From the NCBI GenBank assembly GCA_963997415.1, contig CAXEMN010000005.1, positions 2,647-66,646 of the forward strand: a DNA stretch of 64,000 nucleotides, written 5' to 3'. A program made the position numbers and the translations under genes. Within the stretch, counting starts at the first letter, position 1. Every line of letters starts with the position of its first letter. Below the pieces are notes generated by a model. The model did not search any database. It was not told where the DNA came from and saw nothing but the letters and a program-made list of their open reading frames with translations. The stretch is from an uncultured Candidatus Poseidoniales archaeon. Lineage in GTDB: Archaea > Thermoplasmatota > Poseidoniia > Poseidoniales > Poseidoniaceae. Below are positions 1 through 7,610 of this stretch, piece after piece.

Positions 1-264
1 CATGACATTCGCCAGTGGTTGGAACACCTTGCACCCTTCTACGGCATTGAAGGTCGTTCAGGAGAGGAGTACCACCATCACCGCACAGGCGAGGACAATG
101 GAGATGCTCACCTTAAGCGTCAGTTGTTGGGCCAGCAAGTGACCATGGCGGTGCGTTCTGGAGGCTTGCATTTGGGTACATGGGAGCAAATTCATTACGC
201 CGAATTTGATGGTCAGCGCGATAAACGAATTATGGTCAAAGTCGTTGGTATTCTCGGCGAATGA
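1..264 (+). CDS. YjbQ/UPF0047 family protein (secondary thiamine-phosphate synthase-like); 5' end lies outside the window
   Basis: Frame 1 is open from base 1. The C-terminal signature GEDNGDAHLKRQLLGQ...LHLGTWEQIHYAEFDGQRDKRIMVKV is typical of UPF0047. The stop TGA at 262-264 overlaps the next ATG (ATGA). Confidence 0.75.
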   Translation, partial: HDIRQWLEHLAPFYGIEGRSGEEYHHHRTGEDNGDAHLKRQLLGQQVTMAVRSGGLHLGTWEQIHYAEFDGQRDKRIMVKVVGILGE

Positions 265-1766
265 CTGCTGCGCTGCTTCGAAGGTGGAAGAATCATAACT
301 CGTCACCTCTACAGAGGGCCATGGACATCAAGCCACAGGTCGAATTTGACCAAGGCTTTTTCAAATTCACAACCCCCTACACTTGGCAAGGGTGGGCTTG
401 GTGGATCCTCATCGTCCTGATCATGGTTGGTTCGTTGTTTTTTCAGCCTCAAGGCTACATTATTTCCTTGGTGATGTTTGTCGTTCTAGCCATGCTTTCT
501 CCAACCGGCCTTGAGGCAAAATTACATAGAATGCGGAAACAGAATCCTCTCCCTGAAGATTTAGAGGCACAGGCGCTCAACAAGGGCACAACCGTTGAAG
601 ATTGGTTTTATGGAAAGAAATCATACGTCCCGACAGCGGATCCAAATGGTTGGGTCTACACTGCGCCAGGTCCGAAATCATGGGTGATGGAACGCCCCTA
701 TCACCCTGACCCGGACAACGAACTTCTCCCCGAACACCCTACCAAAATCGGTACGCCTAAGCCTGCAGTGATCTCAAGTTATGGATTATTTTTGTTGATC
801 TTCTTAGGAGGGGTGTCGAGCCTGGCTTACTTGGGGATGAACAGCGCCAAAGAGAGCGTTGATCAGAGTGATGATAGCTTCCTTTTGCTTCCTTACATCA
901 CGATGGGTGTTGGTGTGGTTTGGATGATTTTAGGCTATTGGGCTCAAAGGCAACAATCTGTCATGATGGACACCTCCACAGCGACCGCTCGTTCGGTTGC
1001 AGTAGGTTCTGGAGAACTCGTAGGGCAGGTCCGTCCAACATGGTCTGGAGGCATCGATGTGTTGGTTGACAATCATCCAATGCGTAGGGTGCCTGGCTGC
1101 GTTTCTTACAAATGGACCTATGAAGTGAAGATCAGAGAAACAAAGGTGGTCAGAAGAAATGGAAGGACACAGATGCGAACCGAGGAACACTGGGTTCCTG
1201 TGCGTGATGATGAAGGAAATGTACCATTTATTCTTCATGATGGGAGTGGCGGCATCTACACTCGTCCTTCAACGTTCAAAAGAAAGGATTTTGGAGGGTT
1301 TGTCAAGCAATGGACCACCAATCATGCCCAAAGTCTCTCCGATGCCTACTGGCGGATGAAGCATGGGCGGCTCTACAATCAAGGTCATGTCCTCGCTCAT
1401 CGGTGGACGATATATGCCCTACGAATTGGGGATCCTATCTATGCGCTCGGCATGGTCCAACCTAGGCCTTCCGAGGAACTTGACTGGCCAGGCGTATGTG
1501 ATGTTCTCGATATTGAACCGCCCTCACTCGATAACAGCGATGAAGGTAACTTTTGGTCCGAGGAAGCAAAAAGTACGGTCAATTATGGTCTACCAGTAAG
1601 CAATGCTCGTTTGCATATGATCGGTACGGATACACCTGGAATGCCTGCGATGTTGAAGCGAGGCACAGAGTTGGCCAACATCGCTCGTTTGCGTTCTCGA
1701 AGTGAATTGTTATTCATACCCTTCCTCACCGCTCTTGCTGGCACATTCATGCTGCTATGGTTGTGA
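261..1766 (+). CDS. Multi-pass membrane protein with a GIDE-like domain between transmembrane segments
   Basis: 501-aa ORF. Hydrophobic helices include WAWWILIVLIMVGSLFF, IISLVMFVVLAML, GLFLLIFLGGVSSLAYL, ITMGVGVVWMILGYW and a C-terminal LLFIPFLTALAGTFMLLWL. The central region (about nt 963-1475), GELVGQVRP...PGCVSYKWTYEVK...EEHWVPVRDDEGNVPFILHDGSGGIY, resembles the GIDE (PF12483) pattern. An alternative start is ATG 321. Confidence 0.6.
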   Translation: MTAALLRRWKNHNSSPLQRAMDIKPQVEFDQGFFKFTTPYTWQGWAWWILIVLIMVGSLFFQPQGYIISLVMFVVLAMLSPTGLEAKLHRMRKQNPLPEDLEAQALNKGTTVEDWFYGKKSYVPTADPNGWVYTAPGPKSWVMERPYHPDPDNELLPEHPTKIGTPKPAVISSYGLFLLIFLGGVSSLAYLGMNSAKESVDQSDDSFLLLPYITMGVGVVWMILGYWAQRQQSVMMDTSTATARSVAVGSGELVGQVRPTWSGGIDVLVDNHPMRRVPGCVSYKWTYEVKIRETKVVRRNGRTQMRTEEHWVPVRDDEGNVPFILHDGSGGIYTRPSTFKRKDFGGFVKQWTTNHAQSLSDAYWRMKHGRLYNQGHVLAHRWTIYALRIGDPIYALGMVQPRPSEELDWPGVCDVLDIEPPSLDNSDEGNFWSEEAKSTVNYGLPVSNARLHMIGTDTPGMPAMLKRGTELANIARLRSRSELLFIPFLTALAGTFMLLWL

Positions 1767-1803
1767 CAGTGAGGTTCATGACCCTGTTTGGGCTCGCACA
1801 ACC

Positions 1804-3024
1804 ATGGCAGAAGATGTTGTGATTGTAGGCGGTGCCCGCACCCCGTTTTGTGAATGGGTTGGAGGGAAGCGCGGAGATGGGAAAACCGGTGGGTTACTCA
1901 AAACCGTGAGTGCACAAGAACTCGGTGGCATCGCCATCAAAGGTGCTCTTGAAGCTACAGGTACCGATCCTGCATCTGTTGACCATGTGGTCATGGGTTA
2001 TGCTTTGCAAACATGTGCACAGTCAATTTATGGTTCCCGACATGCAGGTTTGCAAGGCGGTATTCCTCAAGAAGTTCCAATGCTCACGCTCTCTCGAATC
2101 TGTGGTTCTGGTGTGCAATCAATTGTAACTGGCGCTCAGATGATCATGCTGGACGAAGCCTCAACGGTTGTTTCTGGCGGAATGGAAAACCTGAGTCAAG
2201 CACCACACGTCATGCGCGGTGGTCGAGAGGGGTGGAAACTTGGCCGCTCCCCCAAAGTGGAAGATTACATGATGACCAACCTGCAAGACATGACCTGCGG
2301 GTTGTTCATGGCACAAACTGCAGACGAGTTGTGCCGCAGAAAAGGGGTGACTCGAGAAGAGATTGATGCCTTCGCCGCACTTTCTCACGCACGAACAACT
2401 GCCTCGATTGAATCCGGATTGTTTGAATCAGAGATTGTTCCAGTCACCATCAAGAGCAGGCGAGGCGAAAAAGTCATCACCCATCTTGATGAAGATCACG
2501 TTGTCAAGAATTGCACTGAAGAAAGTCTTGCTTCGCTTCCAACCGCTTTTGGACCAGAGTCCTTTGTCACCGCTGGAAATGCATCCGGTATTGTTGACGG
2601 CGCTGCAGCTGTGGTCATCAAGTCAGCCTCGCAAGCCTCCAAAGATGGCGACGAACCTCTGGCACGGATTGTCTCCTGGGGTATTGTTGGTCTTGAACCA
2701 GCCATCATGTCGTATGGCCCTGTGCCATCCTCGCTCAAAGCCCTCGAGAAGGCAGGTCTCAAAGCGGAGGATATTGACCGCTGGGAAATTAACGAAGCAT
2801 TCGCAGGTCAAGCCCTTGCATGCATCAAGGATTTAGGCATCGATGTGGACAAAGTCAACGTCAACGGTGGTGCAGTTGGTCTCGGCCATCCATTGGCGGC
2901 AACTGGAACACGTTTGGTGCTCACCCTGGCTCATGAATTGAAGCGCTGCGGTGGCCGCTATGGTGTCGCAACTGCATGCATCGGGGGCGGTCAAGGGATC
3001 GCCATGGTCATCGAATCCATCTGA
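1804..3024 (+). CDS. Acetyl-CoA C-acetyltransferase (thiolase II type)
   Basis: MAEDVVIVGGARTPF N-terminus; active-site Cys context LSRICGSGVQS; NEAFAGQ; GHPLAATG; ACIGGGQGIAMVIE C-terminus. ATG 1804 was chosen because the longer ORF from 1702 overlaps the upstream gene and adds non-homologous residues. Confidence 0.93.
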   Translation: MAEDVVIVGGARTPFCEWVGGKRGDGKTGGLLKTVSAQELGGIAIKGALEATGTDPASVDHVVMGYALQTCAQSIYGSRHAGLQGGIPQEVPMLTLSRICGSGVQSIVTGAQMIMLDEASTVVSGGMENLSQAPHVMRGGREGWKLGRSPKVEDYMMTNLQDMTCGLFMAQTADELCRRKGVTREEIDAFAALSHARTTASIESGLFESEIVPVTIKSRRGEKVITHLDEDHVVKNCTEESLASLPTAFGPESFVTAGNASGIVDGAAAVVIKSASQASKDGDEPLARIVSWGIVGLEPAIMSYGPVPSSLKALEKAGLKAEDIDRWEINEAFAGQALACIKDLGIDVDKVNVNGGAVGLGHPLAATGTRLVLTLAHELKRCGGRYGVATACIGGGQGIAMVIESI

Positions 3025-3091
3025 AGACTTCATCATGGCCCTTTGGGATGATCGAAGAGACACAGTTCTTCGCTCTTCATCTATACATCAG

Positions 3092-3098
3092 TATAAAA
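3092..3098 (+). promoter_or_regulatory. TATA-box-like element (TATAAAA) about 26-29 nt upstream of ATG 3121, implying a leaderless or near-leaderless transcript
   Basis: gtATAAAAgc lies in the 96-nt gap. The spacing matches the archaeal TATA position at about -26/-27 relative to the transcription start. No Shine-Dalgarno motif precedes the ATG. Confidence 0.45.
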
Positions 3099-3120
3099 GC
3101 CAGTTCTCAGACCCTCGCAT

Positions 3121-5901
3121 ATGAAAAATCCATTTGAAGCGATGAGCAATGCAAGTGTAAGCCGCCCAAAATCGGTCTTTGCGGTTGTCATGCTCGCAGT
3201 TCTCATCCTTGCCTCAGGTGGAATGCACCTTCAATTTGATAACAGTGAAGATGGTTTTTTTCCCGATGATGAAAACGTCCGTTTGCTGGAAGAAATAGAA
3301 CGTGAATACCAAGCTTCAATCGATTTTGTCCGCGTCATCGATGAGATTGAAACCGGTTCCCTTCTCACCAACGAAACTTGGGAACACCTTGCGATGATCG
3401 AAGCGAGGATGATTGAGGATGAGAATTTCGCACCGTACCATTACCCATTGTTTGGTACTCAAGCGAACAGCGGTATGGCTGGCTATGCCTATCAATGGCA
3501 ACGCTACCAAGATCCAATGTCAGCAGACTGGATCGCACCGTTAGAATCCGCAATTGGAAGTGTCCTCACTGCCGACAACGACTCACTCGGCCAAGCGCTT
3601 GGCAATCTAAGCGCTGCTGCTGAAGCCATTCCATCCGCATCAGAAATGAGTGGGGCAGATTTGATCAATTGGAACGCAGGAACACCTTCTGAGTGGCTGC
3701 CTCGATTGGACAATGGTGCCAACCTCTCAAGCGATCTTGGCGCCATGTTAGGTCTGCTTGAACTGACCACTACAAATCGCTCAGGTGCACAGATTGGCCA
3801 AATTATGGCCGTGACTGGACCAATGAATGGGCAACTGGGCTTGCTCAGCGGCCTGCAATCAATCGACTACCGAGCGGCCATTCTTGGCTCACTTCCTGTC
3901 GTGGATCGAACCGACGACCCTTGGAACTCCTCCGGTCCGGTATTGACAACCCTCGTGGTGAGCACAGAACCAGCGGATTATGGCGTCGAAATTTTGGGCG
4001 ATGTTCAAGCCATGATTACCAATTGGTCAGACCTCTTAGTGCAGGATTTGCAGGCTGATGGAGCAGGTGATGGGCTACGAACATTTTCGTTTTCGCAATT
4101 CAGCGAGGGTGCAAACGCTAATCTCGGCAAGGAAATCGGTACGCTCACAAGCGCTGCATTGCTGCTCCTGGCGGTCATTTTGTGGTTCAATTTCCGTTCT
4201 GTACGTGACACAGCCTTCGTCACTTCGCTGACAGTTCTTGCCATTTTGGCCACCTACGGTCTCTCTGGTTGGCTGCAATTCTTCGGCGTCAATATGGTGT
4301 TTAACGCCGCTATGAATTCAATTCCAGTTCTTTTGTTAGCGATCGGTGTCGATTATGGCCTCCACGTGGTGATTAGGATCCGGGAGGAATTGAATTTAAT
4401 CGATTCAAAAGATGATATAGAACGAGCCACATTGAAGGATTTTTCATATGAGGCAAGGCAGGTTGCGGTCCGCCGAGGCACGGTCTTGACTTCGATTGCT
4501 CTTGTGATTGCCATCTTTACCGACATGGTTGGATTCCTTTCCTTCAGATTCTCCTCGCTGTCATTCCTCCAAGTGTTTGGGACCGTGATTGCTATCGGTC
4601 TATTCCTCGTTTATCTGCTGAGCATTACTGCACTTCCTGCGTTAATGTTGATGTTCCCTCCAAAGAAACTCAAGCTTGAAAAAGCCAGTTCCATCGAAAT
4701 CGGCCCAATCGCCAATGGGCTTGCTCGACTTTCAGCGACGCCGCTGAAGGTGGGCGTCATCGCTGTCGTGTTGTTAGCACCGATGTTCATCGGTTTTCAA
4801 CAATTAGAAGTCGGTTTTGATCAACGGGACCAATTCGATGAGGATGTTCCAGTTGTCGGCGACTTTTTGCTGTTATCAGATGAATTCCAAAACAGCAGAT
4901 CACCTTTGTACGTCGTGGTTGATGTTGAAGTCTTCACCCCTGATGGCTATGCGGCGTGGCTTGCTGCAGAGCAGGTTCTGCTTGAGAGTCCTGATGTGAG
5001 CGGGGCGCCCAGTGGATTGTGGAATTTACTGGCTGAGGCCCAAGTTCGAGATTCCACGCTCAACGGATTGATGAGCCAACTTGACGATACCAATCAATCG
5101 ACATGGGACGAACTTGCAACCTACATGCTCGAGACGCCAGAAGGAAGAGAACTCAGTTCCTCTGTGCTCGCTTCCGACGGCCAACAAACCGTGCTCTCAT
5201 TCCAAGCGGAAACCCTTGATTGGCAGGCCACCATCGATCTCAATCAGCGGATGATCGATTCGCTCGAATCTGCCGAAGAAGGCTTGGAGGGTGACGCCAA
5301 CCTCCGTGTTGGAGGTCGAAGTCTCATTCTTGCTCAGACAACTTCAGATGTGGCTGATTCTGCCATCATGTCAACAGGTATTGTTGCCGTCGTCATTTTG
5401 ATGATGCTCGTGGGCATTCATAGCGTCCGACAGAGGGATGTGGTTCAAGGTATGTCTCGAGGATTTGTGTCTTGGATTCCACTGATGATGGTGGTTGTGT
5501 GGGTGTATGGTTTGATGGGCTTTACCGGTTACCAAATCAACTCACAAACAGTGACCATTGGGGCACTTTCCTTGGGCCTTGGTGTCGATTACGCAGTTCA
5601 CTTCTCGATTCGTTTGGAAGAAGAAGTCGAACACAATCCATTCGCAGATCCTCATCATTGGGTTGCTAATGCCTCAGCAACGACCGGCCGGGCTATGTGG
5701 ATGGCTGCGCTAACCACCGCCGGTGGATTCGCTGTGCTGAATCTCTCCTCTTTACTTCCATTGAGGTTGTTTGGGCAGGCCTTTGTGGTGGCGATCGCTT
5801 TGGCGCTGCTCTCCAGCCTGGTTATTTTACCCGCCTTTTACGCCCGCTTTTTGAAAACCGATGCGCAGCGTTATATCTCTGCCATGAATGAGGAGGAATG
5901 A
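3121..5901 (+). CDS. RND-superfamily exporter, MMPL/COG1033 type (12-TM, two large extracytoplasmic loops)
   Basis: 926 aa. There are two repeated membrane modules, each with the GVDYGLHV / GVDYAVHF motif, and each is preceded by a large soluble loop. The N-terminal anchor is SVFAVVMLAVLILASGG. Confidence 0.85.
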   Translation: MKNPFEAMSNASVSRPKSVFAVVMLAVLILASGGMHLQFDNSEDGFFPDDENVRLLEEIEREYQASIDFVRVIDEIETGSLLTNETWEHLAMIEARMIEDENFAPYHYPLFGTQANSGMAGYAYQWQRYQDPMSADWIAPLESAIGSVLTADNDSLGQALGNLSAAAEAIPSASEMSGADLINWNAGTPSEWLPRLDNGANLSSDLGAMLGLLELTTTNRSGAQIGQIMAVTGPMNGQLGLLSGLQSIDYRAAILGSLPVVDRTDDPWNSSGPVLTTLVVSTEPADYGVEILGDVQAMITNWSDLLVQDLQADGAGDGLRTFSFSQFSEGANANLGKEIGTLTSAALLLLAVILWFNFRSVRDTAFVTSLTVLAILATYGLSGWLQFFGVNMVFNAAMNSIPVLLLAIGVDYGLHVVIRIREELNLIDSKDDIERATLKDFSYEARQVAVRRGTVLTSIALVIAIFTDMVGFLSFRFSSLSFLQVFGTVIAIGLFLVYLLSITALPALMLMFPPKKLKLEKASSIEIGPIANGLARLSATPLKVGVIAVVLLAPMFIGFQQLEVGFDQRDQFDEDVPVVGDFLLLSDEFQNSRSPLYVVVDVEVFTPDGYAAWLAAEQVLLESPDVSGAPSGLWNLLAEAQVRDSTLNGLMSQLDDTNQSTWDELATYMLETPEGRELSSSVLASDGQQTVLSFQAETLDWQATIDLNQRMIDSLESAEEGLEGDANLRVGGRSLILAQTTSDVADSAIMSTGIVAVVILMMLVGIHSVRQRDVVQGMSRGFVSWIPLMMVVVWVYGLMGFTGYQINSQTVTIGALSLGLGVDYAVHFSIRLEEEVEHNPFADPHHWVANASATTGRAMWMAALTTAGGFAVLNLSSLLPLRLFGQAFVVAIALALLSSLVILPAFYARFLKTDAQRYISAMNEEE

Positions 5902-5903
5902 GT

Positions 5904-6377
5904 ATGGAATTAACAGAAGTTATGTTTTGGTTTTCCTCGATGTGGATTCTTCCCTTCTGGATTTTGATGTGGTTCTTGCCAGAACATCAATTGACGCGTC
6001 GTTTTGTTGGCGATCTCCGGTATTGCTTCTTACCGCTGCTTATTCCATACATTATCGTCGTATTGCCCCAAGTAAGCACCATTTTACTTACGCTTGCTAG
6101 CGATATGCCGACGCCACAAATTGTCATCGATCTCTTCGCAGACGAAGACGTCATTATCCTCGGTTGGCTGCACTACTTGGCGTTTGACATGTTTGTTGGA
6201 CGGTTTATCTGGTTGCGCATGGTTGCGATGAAGCGGCCGATGTACGTCTCGACCCCAGTGCTCATTCTTTGCATGATGATGGCGCCGCTTGGATGTGCGG
6301 TTGGTGTTGCTGCAACTTGGGGTGAAGGTGGACGAGTGGACACCATTGCTTCCAGTTCACTGGAAACTTTGGAATAA
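5904..6377 (+). CDS. ABA4-like / DUF4281 small membrane protein
   Basis: FWFSSMWILPFWILMWFLP N-terminus, with GWLHYLAFDMFVGRFIWL matching the remembered DUF4281 core (W-H-x-L-a-F-D-L-f-v-G-R-W-I). GGAGG at 5892-5896 lies 7 nt upstream of ATG 5904. The alternative ATG 5898 overlaps the MMPL stop (ATGA). Confidence 0.6.
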   Translation: MELTEVMFWFSSMWILPFWILMWFLPEHQLTRRFVGDLRYCFLPLLIPYIIVVLPQVSTILLTLASDMPTPQIVIDLFADEDVIILGWLHYLAFDMFVGRFIWLRMVAMKRPMYVSTPVLILCMMMAPLGCAVGVAATWGEGGRVDTIASSSLETLE

Positions 6378-6417
6378 AGTGAGGGATGGTTCAAGACCTT
6401 CGCCTCGATGGACCTAC

Positions 6418-7182
6418 ATGGTCACAAGGAAGGATGGTCTTGCTGTTGACCACATTCCATTTCCAATGCCTGAAGGCCGTTGGATCTTGAGGCAGAACTG
6501 GAAAAAACTCACGTTCCTTCACTGGGAAGTTGATCCAGACATCCTCCGCCGTCATCTTCCAGAGGGGCTGGAAATTGATTTGCATGAAGGGAAGGCCTAC
6601 ATTGGGTGCATCCCATTTGTCATGGAAAATGTACGGCCTCATCCTTTGCCAGCAGTCCCTGGCGTCTCGACCTTTGGCGAATTCAATATCAGGACATACG
6701 TGACAAAAAATGGGGTTCCTGGTGTCTTTTTCCTGACCTTAGATGCGAAGAGCCGAGTCACATGTTTCTATGCCAAGTGGAAGTATGGACTTGCATACCG
6801 CTATGCAAAAGCGTTTGTCAAAGGCACATTGGATGATGGATACACCTGGTCCTCCAGGCGTTCAAAAGGCGGCGTTGGCCTTACAGGTTCTGCGAAGAAG
6901 TGTTCTGAATTACGGCAGGCAGAGGAAGGTACCCTCGAATACTTCCTGTTCGAAAGATACAGTTTGTACACCATTCACAAAGGCCGACTGCATCACGGAT
7001 ACACGCACCATAGCAAGTGGTGGTATGCAGATGCTGAGGCCGAAGTTAAGCAAAATACCTTAGTTGAGAGCTACAACCTTGGGATCCAAGATGCTACCAA
7101 GCCCGAACTGATGCACATGTCAGAAGGTGTTGAAGTTGTGACCTGGCACTTGCTCCCTATGGCGGGTGGAATGAATGAGTGA
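6418..7182 (+). CDS. DUF2071 (YqjF-like) family protein
   Basis: ILRQNWKKLTFLHWEVDPDILRRHLPEGLEIDLHEGKAYIGCIPFVMENVRP matches the DUF2071 N-terminal signature. The start is ambiguous: ATG 6418 or in-frame GTG 6379. The ORF-track start 6289 would overlap the upstream gene by 89 nt. Confidence 0.7.
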   Translation: MVTRKDGLAVDHIPFPMPEGRWILRQNWKKLTFLHWEVDPDILRRHLPEGLEIDLHEGKAYIGCIPFVMENVRPHPLPAVPGVSTFGEFNIRTYVTKNGVPGVFFLTLDAKSRVTCFYAKWKYGLAYRYAKAFVKGTLDDGYTWSSRRSKGGVGLTGSAKKCSELRQAEEGTLEYFLFERYSLYTIHKGRLHHGYTHHSKWWYADAEAEVKQNTLVESYNLGIQDATKPELMHMSEGVEVVTWHLLPMAGGMNE

Positions 7183-7564
7183 GCCTGACGTTCTCTTGAT
7201 GGATGGCGATTGTGGTTTGTGCACGCGCTCTGCAGTGTTCCTCCATCCGCGTTTACGAGATCCTCAAAGCATGAGATTTATCGCTATAGAAAGTGATGAA
7301 GGCCGCTCTATCATCTCGGATTTCCCACAAAAATTACGAGATGCGGATACGGTCTATCTTGTCCGTAACGGCCAGCCATACATGCGTTCATCAGCAGCTA
7401 TTCGATGCTTGCTCTATCTCAAGTGGCACTATCGAATTCTCTATCCGTTTGCTTGGATCGTACCTCTCCCGCTTCGGAATCTGGTCTACAGAATTGTTGC
7501 GAAGTATCGATTGAAATTCTTCTCGCAACCTGAAGTCTGCATCTTCCCAACACTGACTCCGTAG
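7175..7564 (+). CDS. DCC-family thiol-disulfide oxidoreductase (DUF393/YuxK-like)
   Basis: The N-terminal LLMDGDCGLCTRS carries the D-G-x-C-x-L-C motif that names the family. It overlaps the upstream gene by 8 nt. Confidence 0.75.
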   Translation: MSEPDVLLMDGDCGLCTRSAVFLHPRLRDPQSMRFIAIESDEGRSIISDFPQKLRDADTVYLVRNGQPYMRSSAAIRCLLYLKWHYRILYPFAWIVPLPLRNLVYRIVAKYRLKFFSQPEVCIFPTLTP

Positions 7565-7610
7565 TTTTCTCCCTAAGAACCTAAGAGCCTTGGTCTATGA
7601 GGAGCCGACG

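Noticed and set aside
1702-1803. 34-codon N-terminal extension of the thiolase ORF
   Set aside because: It overlaps the C-terminal TM helix of the upstream gene, and thiolase homology begins at MAEDVVIVGG (ATG 1804).
6289-6417. 89-nt overlap between the ABA4-like ORF and the long form of the DUF2071 ORF (possible frameshift or fusion)
   Set aside because: DUF2071 homology only starts after ATG 6418. An in-frame GTG at 6379 and the ATG at 6418 give non-overlapping genes, so no frameshift is needed.
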